A DNA stretch of 64,000 nucleotides from Alphaproteobacteria bacterium (lineage in GTDB: Bacteria; Pseudomonadota; Alphaproteobacteria; UBA828), in NCBI GenBank assembly GCA_965220745.1, contig CBDCQT010000005.1, forward strand, positions 32,001-96,000, written 5' to 3'. The translations under genes were made by a program, and so were the position numbers. Positions within the stretch are counted from its first letter, which is position 1. Every line of letters starts with the position of its first letter. Positions 19,264-28,252 of this stretch are shown one piece after another. The notes below the pieces were generated by a model. That model ran no database searches. It was not told the origin of the DNA and saw only the letters and a list, made by a program, of their open reading frames with translations.

Positions 19264-21648
19264 GTGGACACGCGCGACATGGCAAGGGAGCCGTTCGCAA
19301 CGCGGTTTGCGAAGCGGGTGCTAGGCGCCCGCTGGATCGTCATCGTGGCGTCGGTGCTGGTAGTTGCGCTCGCGGCGATGGGCGTTACGCAGCTCGAGTT
19401 CTCCGCCAACTACCGGATCTTCTTCGACGAGGACAATCCGCAGCTTCTGGGGCTGGAAGCGCTGGAGAACACCTATGGGAAGAACGAGAACGTCGTCTTT
19501 CTGATCGTTCCCGACGATGGCGACGCCACGTCCGAAGACGCGCTCACGGCCGCCGCCTGGCTCACCAAGGCCGCCTGGAACACGCCGTTTTCGCGGCGCG
19601 TCGATTCGCTCGCCAATTTTCAGTACACGACCGCCGACGGCGACGATCTGTACGTGCGGGACCTGGTCGATCTGCAGGAGCTGTCGGACGCCGAGGCGCG
19701 CGCGCGAATCCGCGACATCGCCCTGTCCGACCCGCGTATCGCCGGCAGCATTCTGGGTCTGAACGGCGATGTCAGCGTCGTCAACGTCACCGTCGAGCTG
19801 CCGGAAGACGGCCTGCTGGAGGCTGTGGCCGAGGTTGCCGAATTCGCCAGATCGCTTGCTGCGGAGGCAGAAGAACGATTTCCCGGCATGGACCTCCGCG
19901 TCGTCGGCACGGCCATGGTCAACCAGACGTTCCTGGAAGCCTCGGTCAGCAGCCAGATGATGTTTCTGCCGGCGAGCCTGCTGCTCATGGCCGTGATCCT
20001 TGGCATCCTCACTCGCAGCTGGACGGGCGTTGTGGGAACCGGGATCGTCATCGTCTTTTCCATTCTCGTCTCGGTCGGCTTGGGCGTATGGCTCGGTCTG
20101 CCCTTTTCTCCGCCCGTAACCCCGGCGCCGACCATCGTGCTGATGATCGTCGTGGCGAACTGCGTGCACCTGCTGGTGGCCTTGCAGCAGCGTCTTCGCG
20201 CCGGGGATTCCAAGCGCGATGCCATTGTCGAAGCCGTGAGGCTCAACCTGCATCCGGTGTTCCTGGCGAGCCTCACGACGACGCTCGGATTCCTGAGCAT
20301 GAACTTTTCCGAAGTGCCGCCCTACCGCGATCTCGGCAACTTCGTGGCTATCGGCATCGCGGCCTCCTTCATTCTCTCCGTTACGTTCATGCCGGCCGTG
20401 CTCTCGCTTCTCCCGCTGCGTGCGCCGAAGGACCGCCGGCTTCTGCCGGCCCTGCTCTCGCTTCTTCCGTTTCCTGCCGCGAAGGAGCGCCGGCTCCGCC
20501 TGCCGCACACGAACGTCCTGGCGGACTCCGTGCTCCGCCACAGGAAGGCGCTGTTCCTGGGGTGGGTGGTGTTCGTGCTGGCAATGGCTGCGGCCATTCC
20601 GCGCAACGAGCTCAACGATGTCCTGGTTCATTTCTTCGACAAAGGCGTCGAGTTTCGCCAGGACACCGATTTCATGGACGAGCACCTGAGCGGCAATACC
20701 CTGCTCGAATACTCGCTGGAAGCGCATGCCGAGGGCGGCGCGACCGATCCGCTTTTCCTCGCCGACGTCTCGAATTTCGCCGAGTGGTACCGTGCGCAGG
20801 CGCCGGTCCGTGACGTGGCGGTCATCACCGATACCTTCCGGCAGCTCAACAAGAGCATGCACGGCGACGACCCGGCGGCCTACCGGCTTCCGGAAAGCCA
20901 GGAGCTGGTGGCGCAATACCTGCTGCTTTACGAGCTTTCGCTTCCGCAGGGTCTGGACGTGAACAACCAGATCGACAGATCCAGGTCCGCCACGCGCGTG
21001 TCGGTGTCGGCGGAGACGCTATCGTCGCAAGAGGTGCTCGACCTGAACGCGCACGCCGAGGCGTGGCTAAAGGAAAACGCGCCGCATGTCGCCAGCGTCA
21101 ACAGCACCGGCCCCGCGGCGCTGTTCGCCTACATCGGGCAGCGCAACATCCGCGCCATGTTGATCGGGACGATGGTGGTGCTCCTGGCCATTTCCGCCAT
21201 TCTCCTCTTCGCCTTCCGATCGCTCCGGCTGGGCCTGATCAGCATCGTTCCCAATCTGGTTCCCGCCGCGCTGGGCTTCGGCGTCTGGGGATTGGCGGTC
21301 GGGCAGGTGGGACTCTCGCTCTCCGTCGTGGTGGCCATGACCGTAGGCATTGTCGTGGACGATACGGTGCACTTTCTCAGCAAGTACCGACGCGCGCGGC
21401 AGGAATTGGGCCAGAGCCCCGAAGAAGCGGTGCGTTACGCCTATGACACGGCCGGCCGGGCCGTGTTCACGACGACGATCGTGCTGGTGGCCGGTTTCCT
21501 GATATTCGCGGTCTCTCCGTTCGTCCCCACCGCGCAGGTCGGGATCCTGACCGCGACAATCATTGCCTTTGCGTTCATCGCCGACCTGACGCTGCTGCCG
21601 GTGCTGTTGACTGCGTTGGACCGGAAATCTGCGAAGCCGCGCGCCTGA
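19264..21648 (+). CDS. MMPL/RND-family transporter
   Basis: Two-repeat topology; ASLTTTLGFLS and GIVVDDTVHFL motifs. Confidence 0.9.
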   Translation: MDTRDMAREPFATRFAKRVLGARWIVIVASVLVVALAAMGVTQLEFSANYRIFFDEDNPQLLGLEALENTYGKNENVVFLIVPDDGDATSEDALTAAAWLTKAAWNTPFSRRVDSLANFQYTTADGDDLYVRDLVDLQELSDAEARARIRDIALSDPRIAGSILGLNGDVSVVNVTVELPEDGLLEAVAEVAEFARSLAAEAEERFPGMDLRVVGTAMVNQTFLEASVSSQMMFLPASLLLMAVILGILTRSWTGVVGTGIVIVFSILVSVGLGVWLGLPFSPPVTPAPTIVLMIVVANCVHLLVALQQRLRAGDSKRDAIVEAVRLNLHPVFLASLTTTLGFLSMNFSEVPPYRDLGNFVAIGIAASFILSVTFMPAVLSLLPLRAPKDRRLLPALLSLLPFPAAKERRLRLPHTNVLADSVLRHRKALFLGWVVFVLAMAAAIPRNELNDVLVHFFDKGVEFRQDTDFMDEHLSGNTLLEYSLEAHAEGGATDPLFLADVSNFAEWYRAQAPVRDVAVITDTFRQLNKSMHGDDPAAYRLPESQELVAQYLLLYELSLPQGLDVNNQIDRSRSATRVSVSAETLSSQEVLDLNAHAEAWLKENAPHVASVNSTGPAALFAYIGQRNIRAMLIGTMVVLLAISAILLFAFRSLRLGLISIVPNLVPAALGFGVWGLAVGQVGLSLSVVVAMTVGIVVDDTVHFLSKYRRARQELGQSPEEAVRYAYDTAGRAVFTTTIVLVAGFLIFAVSPFVPTAQVGILTATIIAFAFIADLTLLPVLLTALDRKSAKPRA
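20391..20497 (+). repeat. 54-bp in-frame tandem duplication inside the MMPL gene
   Basis: PAVLSLLPLRAPKDRRLL followed by PALLSLLPFPAAKERRLR; DNA period 54 (20391, 20445). Confidence 0.8.
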
Positions 21649-21938
21649 GGGCGCCGGCCGATTATCGCGGCGCCGTGCGTATCGCCAACATGCCGCAACG
21701 GTTGTTCCCTCAAGAGCGACGACCGACGATTATCCCTGTCACCTTCGGCGAGAAGCCAATCCTCGAACGCAAGCTGCGAGCCGATGTGCATCAAACCAGG
21801 ATTCCCTGAACCCATAACATTTACTTACTGTTGCCATAACCATTTTGTTTAACCCGAATGCTTGATCTTGTGACATACTGGTGATAACGGTGCGCGCTCA
21901 AGGGAGCCGCCCGTCGTCCGGAACAATGGAGGATTGCC

Positions 21939-22190
21939 ATGAGAAGTGGCGATGAAATGCTGCAACACATTATCCAGAAGTCCTCTCTGGATTCGGACTT
22001 CAGGCAACAGCTTCTTGCAGACCCCAAGAGTACCATCAGCGAGGAATTGGGCGTCACGATACCCGAGTCGATGACCATCAAGATCCATGAGAGCGACATG
22101 CAGACGGTGCATCTGGCGTTGCCGCCGGATCCGAACATCACCGAAGAGCAGCTCGAAGCGATCTCAGCGGGACTCTGCTGCTGCTGGTAA
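21939..22190 (+). CDS. NHLP/proteusin RiPP precursor, 78-aa leader plus core LCCCW (SrpE-like)
   Basis: DSDFRQQLLADPK...HLALPP...ITEEQLEAISAG|LCCCW; GGGAGG RBS. Confidence 0.95.
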   Translation: MRSGDEMLQHIIQKSSLDSDFRQQLLADPKSTISEELGVTIPESMTIKIHESDMQTVHLALPPDPNITEEQLEAISAGLCCCW

Positions 22191-22299
22191 ATCCTGGGGC
22201 GAAATGACCCCAATCTGCAATTGTGCAAAGCTTAATCATGCCTAGCCCGTTCCCGGCCGGAGATGTGCTAAGGCATGGTACGTCCGATTGGGGCTGATT

Positions 22300-23418
22300 T
22301 TAGGGGGAGACCGCTCCGGAAAGCACCATGAACACGTAGGCCTTCGCTTTTCGCAGCCGATCTCCAGATATGACCAGCTTTATGTGGTGAATGCCACGCA
22401 GCAACACATAACGGCCTGACTTCGCAAAGAGCATTGACGGTGTCGAAACCCAATCGGCAAGCGCTGCAAGCTTCTCCGGGACGACGATGTCCTCATGGCT
22501 CAAGGCTTCCAGGAACGGGTCCCAATCGGTCAGGCCGTCGAGCCAATAGCGCGAATCTTTGGTGTATCTCTGCTTGACGATAAGCGTGAGGCCGAGCGTC
22601 GGGCCGACACCCTCTTCGTGCACGTCAATATTCGCCCCGGCCCTGACAATGTTCGCGCGTTCCCTGAAGCGTGCGATCACGGATTCCACGGCCGAGGTCT
22701 CGCCCGGCCAGCCCGCGTCTTCGAGATAGGAACACGTTTCCCGCCCCGACTTGAATCCCATAATCGCGAGCCGGATTGCCCGTGAGCGGGACGGAAACAC
22801 GCCGAACGAATCCATGCGCGTGTCGTCCGGCTGCGCCAGGTAAGCGCGCTTGACGTTCTCCCGCGTGGCGGCGTTCGCCTCCCAGCCCAGGCAGGAAACG
22901 AGCGCGTCAACCACCGTGGCGGCATCGTCCGCCTGACCGCAGCCGCCCATGATCGGGCGCTCGCCGGGCCGCAGGAACAGCCCCGGCAGCGAACGTTCAC
23001 CGCCCTGCGCCGAGCCGATGTCGTATTCCAGCATCAGCTTGCGGCCGACGATGTCGCGCAGCGGCGAGTCTTCGGCATCCATCTGACCGAACAGCCGTGT
23101 GATTGCACCCGCGGTCTCATCCGTCTTGTCGGCGAGGGCGCGCTCCCGGAAGAACGCGGCAGGCCGGGTGCCGCTCGCGAGCGAGACGCCGAAATCCGCC
23201 TGGGGTTCGCGTTCATGCAGCGGAAGCTCGAAGCCGAAGGGAAGGGCCCCCATCGTGATGGGAAGCGTGCCGGCGCAATCGAGCACGCGCTGCCATTCCC
23301 GATCTCCCACGAGAGTCGTCGAAACCCTGTTGCGGAAGTGCCCGAGCAGATCGCCCATGGTGCCGCCCTCTTCGGCGAGACGGTCCTGAGTGAGCGTGAC
23401 TGCCTCGTCAATGTCCAT
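22300..23418 (-). CDS. Hypothetical RiPP-cluster protein, possibly prenyltransferase (ABBA/LynF-like) fold
   Basis: Directly downstream of YcaO; FGFELPL, MLEYD, AIRL and HHIKL...KAKAY motifs. The fold assignment is inference. Confidence 0.5.
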   Translation of the reverse strand: MDIDEAVTLTQDRLAEEGGTMGDLLGHFRNRVSTTLVGDREWQRVLDCAGTLPITMGALPFGFELPLHEREPQADFGVSLASGTRPAAFFRERALADKTDETAGAITRLFGQMDAEDSPLRDIVGRKLMLEYDIGSAQGGERSLPGLFLRPGERPIMGGCGQADDAATVVDALVSCLGWEANAATRENVKRAYLAQPDDTRMDSFGVFPSRSRAIRLAIMGFKSGRETCSYLEDAGWPGETSAVESVIARFRERANIVRAGANIDVHEEGVGPTLGLTLIVKQRYTKDSRYWLDGLTDWDPFLEALSHEDIVVPEKLAALADWVSTPSMLFAKSGRYVLLRGIHHIKLVISGDRLRKAKAYVFMVLSGAVSP

Positions 23419-23427
23419 CGTGTGTCC

Positions 23428-25746
23428 TCACGCAATCACGGGTGCGGGATTCAGGTCGGCTTCGGCGAGAGGACGCGGTTGGCGGCCCATGCCGACGGGC
23501 ACGTCGTAGAGGCGCCCCGGCGCAAATCGCGCCCAGAAGTGGCGCATGCCCGGCACGATGACCCGCGCCACGGGCATGCCGATGTCGGGCCGGGTCTGAT
23601 CCAGCACCAGGAACTCCATGCCCCTGGCTTCGACGAGCGCGCGGCACAGCTCCACATCGTCGCGCGTGTCCGTCGTCTCGATCGCCGGATAGTACGACGC
23701 CGTGCGGAGCGGCGCGTCGTCCGCCGGCGCCAGCCAGGAGCAATCGGCGAGCCGCGCGGTCTTCCACCACCGGAGTGCCAGCGGATCGTCGATCATGGGC
23801 CGGCCGTCTCCTTTGCCGGGGCGTGGCAGCCAGGTGAGGCACTGGTTCAACTCGCAGAGCGCACGGAGCGCCGCGAGCCGCGGGTCGGCGTGGGCGCCGG
23901 CGCCGTAGATGATGTCCTCGGTCCGGGCGTGCGTGCGGCGCGAGAGCGCGACGAACGCGGGAATGCCGATGTCCGACGTGACGTCGAGCAGCCAGAGCGC
24001 GCGCTCGTAGCGGGCGTATTGCTGCAGGGCGGAAGCGAGGTACGCGTCGTCGAAGCTGGCAAGATCGACCGCCGGCACCCGCAGCCGGTTGTACCACCAG
24101 ATGGCGAACGCATCGCGCTCGACCAGTTCGTAGAAGCCCTGGAGGATGGCCTCTTCCAGCGTGTTGCCCGCGGCGCAGCCGTTGGAATCGGCGATCAGGT
24201 CCGCGGGGCCGCGCTGCTCGGCCGCCATGCCGTAGAGCATCGAGGTCGGCAGGTAGCGATGCCGTTGCCGCGTGAGCGACCACACCGGCGTCCAGTCGCG
24301 CGCGGCGTCGGGGTCGAAGCGCGGAGGCACGATGTTGTACGGATGGCCCTTCGCGTTGATGCCCTTCGCGTTGTCGAGCTGAGCGTCGCTGAAGAGCTGC
24401 ACGTCGTTGGGATGGATCGCCTCGTCGCCCCCGCCGAACTCGACGAACCGCCTGCGGATGCAGATCTCGTCGCCATGACGGGCGCCCGAGTAGCGCTCGA
24501 CCGCCTCGCAAAGGGCGCTGACCTTCGACTGCTCCCGCGTGCTGCCCTTGCCCGCGCTCTTGCTGCGCAGGCTCCGCCTGAGCGAACTCAGGCTCCGGCT
24601 TCTCATGCCGAGATTGCTCCCGGCCCAGTAGACGTGCAGCCAGGGGTCGGTCTCATCGGTCGTGCGCGACAGCCAGGTCACGACCCCGCTGACCGGGCTC
24701 ACCAGGTGGCGGTACTTCGCGAGCGTGACCTCCGGCGCCACGGTGCGCGCGCCGCCGCTGTTGCGATGGGTCTTGGGGCTCGCTTTCAGAGCGAGCGGCA
24801 CCGGCGGGCGATCCGGCCGATGCAACGCGTCGTCGCTGCAGGCGAGGCACTGCGGCCGGCGCATCACGGGATGCTGCGCGCTTGCGAACGTGCCGACGTT
24901 CATCGTGATCGCGTGTTCGTGCAGGGGGGCCGCGTCGTCCAGCACCAGCCACTTGACGATCTCCGCCGCGATCAACCCGTAAAGCGCCTCCAGCACCGCG
25001 GGCTGAGCCGCGAACGGCTTGAAGGCAGCCTCCTCGCCGGCAACGCTGCGCAAGAAGCTGTGGACCTCCTGGTGGCCGCGCAGGCGGCTCGCCAGGCAGT
25101 CACAGCAGGGGCCTTGTCCGTCTGCGCGAAAGACGGGGCCGAACAGCACCTCCATGCCGCGCGGCCGCAGCAGTGTCCACGGCGCTTGCGCCTCGAGTTG
25201 GCGCCGGTTCACCTCAGCGAGGCGGGCGTCGAGATAGTCGTCGCAGACGACGACGGTGAGTGTGGGTTTGCCGGCCCCCGTGCTGACGCCGCTCTCTTGC
25301 AGATGCCGGACCAGGCGGCCGTCGTCGCCTTCGACCGCGATGCGCGATTCCGCGAGCCGCCGCTCGACCCAGCGCGGCGATGCGCCGAGCGACGACCAGT
25401 AGGCTGCCCGGCTCCGCTCCATGCCGTGATCGGCGGAGACGACGTAGCCCTTGGCGGCGAGCGCGGCAATGGTCCCAAGAACGTCCGCCGCGGCGTGGGC
25501 GCCCTCCAGTGCTGCGACGATCTCGTCCTGCGGGTGCCGGCCGTCAAGCAAGGGCAGCAGATCGCAGTGGAGCGCGTCGTGCAGCAGGGTATTGAACGAT
25601 TCCGAAACCAGCAGCGTCTGCCGCTCGCCGATGTCGCGGAACTGCAGGTGCGGGGCGAGCGCGGGACGCGTGACGGCGCCCCGGTCCGCAGGCGTCGTTC
25701 TGGTCAGTATCCCGTGCGGGGGCTGCGTGTCCGTCTGCGCTGGCAT
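23428..25746 (-). CDS. Fused RRE/E1-like/YcaO cyclodehydratase (SrpC-like)
   Basis: GPVF...CCDC, RRPQCLAC, SAGKG, CEAVERYS, SNGCAAGNTLEEAILQGFYELVERDA and PGMRHFWARF. Confidence 0.94.
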   Translation of the reverse strand: MPAQTDTQPPHGILTRTTPADRGAVTRPALAPHLQFRDIGERQTLLVSESFNTLLHDALHCDLLPLLDGRHPQDEIVAALEGAHAAADVLGTIAALAAKGYVVSADHGMERSRAAYWSSLGASPRWVERRLAESRIAVEGDDGRLVRHLQESGVSTGAGKPTLTVVVCDDYLDARLAEVNRRQLEAQAPWTLLRPRGMEVLFGPVFRADGQGPCCDCLASRLRGHQEVHSFLRSVAGEEAAFKPFAAQPAVLEALYGLIAAEIVKWLVLDDAAPLHEHAITMNVGTFASAQHPVMRRPQCLACSDDALHRPDRPPVPLALKASPKTHRNSGGARTVAPEVTLAKYRHLVSPVSGVVTWLSRTTDETDPWLHVYWAGSNLGMRSRSLSSLRRSLRSKSAGKGSTREQSKVSALCEAVERYSGARHGDEICIRRRFVEFGGGDEAIHPNDVQLFSDAQLDNAKGINAKGHPYNIVPPRFDPDAARDWTPVWSLTRQRHRYLPTSMLYGMAAEQRGPADLIADSNGCAAGNTLEEAILQGFYELVERDAFAIWWYNRLRVPAVDLASFDDAYLASALQQYARYERALWLLDVTSDIGIPAFVALSRRTHARTEDIIYGAGAHADPRLAALRALCELNQCLTWLPRPGKGDGRPMIDDPLALRWWKTARLADCSWLAPADDAPLRTASYYPAIETTDTRDDVELCRALVEARGMEFLVLDQTRPDIGMPVARVIVPGMRHFWARFAPGRLYDVPVGMGRQPRPLAEADLNPAPVIA

Positions 25747-25778
25747 TCAGGTCTTCCGCGCCGGATCGGCCGGCACCT

Positions 25779-28175
25779 TCACGCGCACGAACGAAGCGAG
25801 TCGATCCGGGCGGCTGCGCGGGATGCGGTGTCGGTGACCGCCGAGGTCAGCGCGTCGAAATCCTCGTGCCCGCACGCGCTCGCAACGAGAGACCTGACCT
25901 TGGGCCGCGCCTCAGCCGCGTCGAATCCTTCCTCGCCGATGAGGCGCGTGATGCCCTGCAAGTCCCGCCACATGGCCGCAGCCTGCGCCAGGTCCTCGGC
26001 GCCAGCGGCATCGAGCACCGCCGCAGCGCTCGGCGCCGGGTCGTCGAGGGCGGCGTCGGCATTCGTCAACTGCAGGACTCGCGCGGCACGCTCGACATCC
26101 TCCAGCCCGCCACGCATGCGGGCGTAGTTGGAGACGCCCGTTGCGGCCGGGTTTTCGCGCCGCGCACGAAGCTGGGCGATCAGGGACTCGTCCGCAGCGC
26201 ACGCGGCCAGCGCTTCGCCCCGAGCCTCGCCGAAGCGGCGGCCGATATCGGCATCGCCGCACTCGAACACGCAGCGTGCCCTGGTGAGGACGGGAATTCC
26301 GTCGGGAGAACGTTCCCGGCAATGCTCGGCCAGCTCGGACAGCGGCAGCGCAGAAAGGGCCTGCGAGCGGGGCGGAGCCGGGGAGAACAACAGACTGTCG
26401 CGCGCCAGGGCTGTCAGAGACTTTGCGAACTGCCGACACAGACGTTCATTCTCGCCGATCTTCCGGCCGTCGTGGACAAACAGCATGTCAATTGCAACGC
26501 CCGGATAAACGTCCCGGCTTGCGAGATCGCCGAGGAATACGGCAGCGATCCCGCCGTCCTGCAGCGGTCCGGCGAGGTCGACACGGTCCGCAGCCACGGC
26601 GGCCAGCGCGGCGGAAATTGATGCTTCGGCAAGATTAGAGAGCGCGGTCTTCGCCTCGGCCGGGGACAGGTTTCCGCGCACGACGTGCATGCCGATCTGG
26701 AACGCCTTGTCGTTCGACCAGTTCCGCACGATCTCGGCGGCCTCCTTCGCATCGGCCGTTGGCAACTCGGAGACCCGGTCCTTCATCTCCGGAACGCCCA
26801 TTTCGTGCGTCCAATAGAGTCGTGCGAGCCCACGCCGCGCGATCGTTTCGTATTCTTGATCCGGTCCGAATCCTTTCGGCAGGTCGAGATCGGTGAATTC
26901 CCGGTGTTGCAGGTTATCGAGGAGCTCGGAATTGCGTTCGATCCATGTGGCGAGCCGCGGGGCTGCGCCGAAGATTTCTACGATTGCCTCGAAGGCGTCA
27001 GGGCGCGCTGCGGAAAGACGACTGTCGTAGGCGCTCCAGTCATCGATCTGCGGGTAGAAATGCGCGCGCCATTGATCCACCAATGGATCCATCTTCGCGA
27101 ACCACCGCTTCGGCCGCAGAACGATATTCATCATGTCGGCGTAGGTTCCTGGCAAGACCGGGGATTCATCGGAGCCGAGGGCTTGGAGCAGGGGATAGTG
27201 GCGAGACGCTGCCGCGTGATGATCCGCATGGCGCTGCATGTTGAAGAACATCCAGTTGCTGAACTTCCAGTCGGCGCTCCACGAATGGCGCGGCAATACC
27301 TTTTCCCATCGGCCGTTCGGCAGACGGACCCGGCGAAGGCCGTAGTGCTGAAAGTAATTGCTGATCTTCATGGAAAAGACGCAGCAGAGCCCGAGGAAGG
27401 CGAAGACCGGCACCGCCCAGCCGCCGCTCATCCAGAACACCAGTCCGTACCAGCACGCGAGGGCGATGCCGTAGCGCCAGAACGGATTGCTGTAATGCCA
27501 CACGGGCAAACGGCGCCGTGCCAGGCGTTCGCCGACGACTTGCCAGGAATTGGTGAGGTTGCTTACGACTTCCCTGGGGAAATATCTCCAGAAACTTTCC
27601 CCCTTGGGCGCGGACCCAACGTCGTGTGGCGTGCCGACCTTGGCATGGTGAATATAGACATGCTCCGTGGCGTATTGCGGATAGGAGGCAGAGGCGAGGA
27701 GAAACTCCCCGAGCCGTCTTTCCCAGGTCGCGCGCCGATGAACCAGCTCGTGACCGACCACGAATACGGCCTGTGCTTCCATGGTCAACATGATCGCGAG
27801 CAGCACGTCTTCCCATAGGGCGAACTGATCCGCGACAAGGATTTGCCACATGGCGAAGATCAGCGTCGCCGGCCAGAGAAACGCCCAGATCCAGACCGGC
27901 AGATTGTGCCAGAAGAGGCGCCGCTCCGACGTTATCGCCGGGTCCATGTTGCGCCCGTCGACACCGAGCGCCCGGTCAAGCGGGCCCGAAACACCCATGA
28001 AGACGAAGGCCGGCAACAACCACCAGCTGCCATAGATCGCCGCAATAACGATCAGCGGGAATATGCCCAGTGGCAGATAATGCGGCAGGGCGTTGAGAAA
28101 CGACGGCACAATGTGCCGCGTGACGCCAGCCTTGTTCGGGGCCATGTCACCGCCAACGGCCGTGTCTTGCGGCAT
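25779..28175 (-). CDS. AlkB-like membrane diiron monooxygenase/desaturase fused to a degenerate GlnE-like domain
   Basis: His boxes HELVH, EHVYIHH, NYFQHYG and QRHADHH. The C-terminus has GlnE-like LSNLAEA, LGDLASRD...IDMLFV, LTRAR and GGLEDVE. Confidence 0.75.
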   Translation of the reverse strand: MPQDTAVGGDMAPNKAGVTRHIVPSFLNALPHYLPLGIFPLIVIAAIYGSWWLLPAFVFMGVSGPLDRALGVDGRNMDPAITSERRLFWHNLPVWIWAFLWPATLIFAMWQILVADQFALWEDVLLAIMLTMEAQAVFVVGHELVHRRATWERRLGEFLLASASYPQYATEHVYIHHAKVGTPHDVGSAPKGESFWRYFPREVVSNLTNSWQVVGERLARRRLPVWHYSNPFWRYGIALACWYGLVFWMSGGWAVPVFAFLGLCCVFSMKISNYFQHYGLRRVRLPNGRWEKVLPRHSWSADWKFSNWMFFNMQRHADHHAAASRHYPLLQALGSDESPVLPGTYADMMNIVLRPKRWFAKMDPLVDQWRAHFYPQIDDWSAYDSRLSAARPDAFEAIVEIFGAAPRLATWIERNSELLDNLQHREFTDLDLPKGFGPDQEYETIARRGLARLYWTHEMGVPEMKDRVSELPTADAKEAAEIVRNWSNDKAFQIGMHVVRGNLSPAEAKTALSNLAEASISAALAAVAADRVDLAGPLQDGGIAAVFLGDLASRDVYPGVAIDMLFVHDGRKIGENERLCRQFAKSLTALARDSLLFSPAPPRSQALSALPLSELAEHCRERSPDGIPVLTRARCVFECGDADIGRRFGEARGEALAACAADESLIAQLRARRENPAATGVSNYARMRGGLEDVERAARVLQLTNADAALDDPAPSAAAVLDAAGAEDLAQAAAMWRDLQGITRLIGEEGFDAAEARPKVRSLVASACGHEDFDALTSAVTDTASRAAARIDSLRSCA

Positions 28176-28252
28176 GGCAGCTTCTCTAATGGATTAGAGA
28201 TAGATCGTAGTGAAATCCATGTTACCACCGAGTAACGCAGTCTGTAAATCCT

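Noticed and set aside
23215-26127. Long ORFs such as 23215-26127(+), 46118-48685(+), 58342-60375(+) and 6549-8459(-)
   Set aside because: Antisense shadows of real genes in high-GC DNA; no recognisable motifs.
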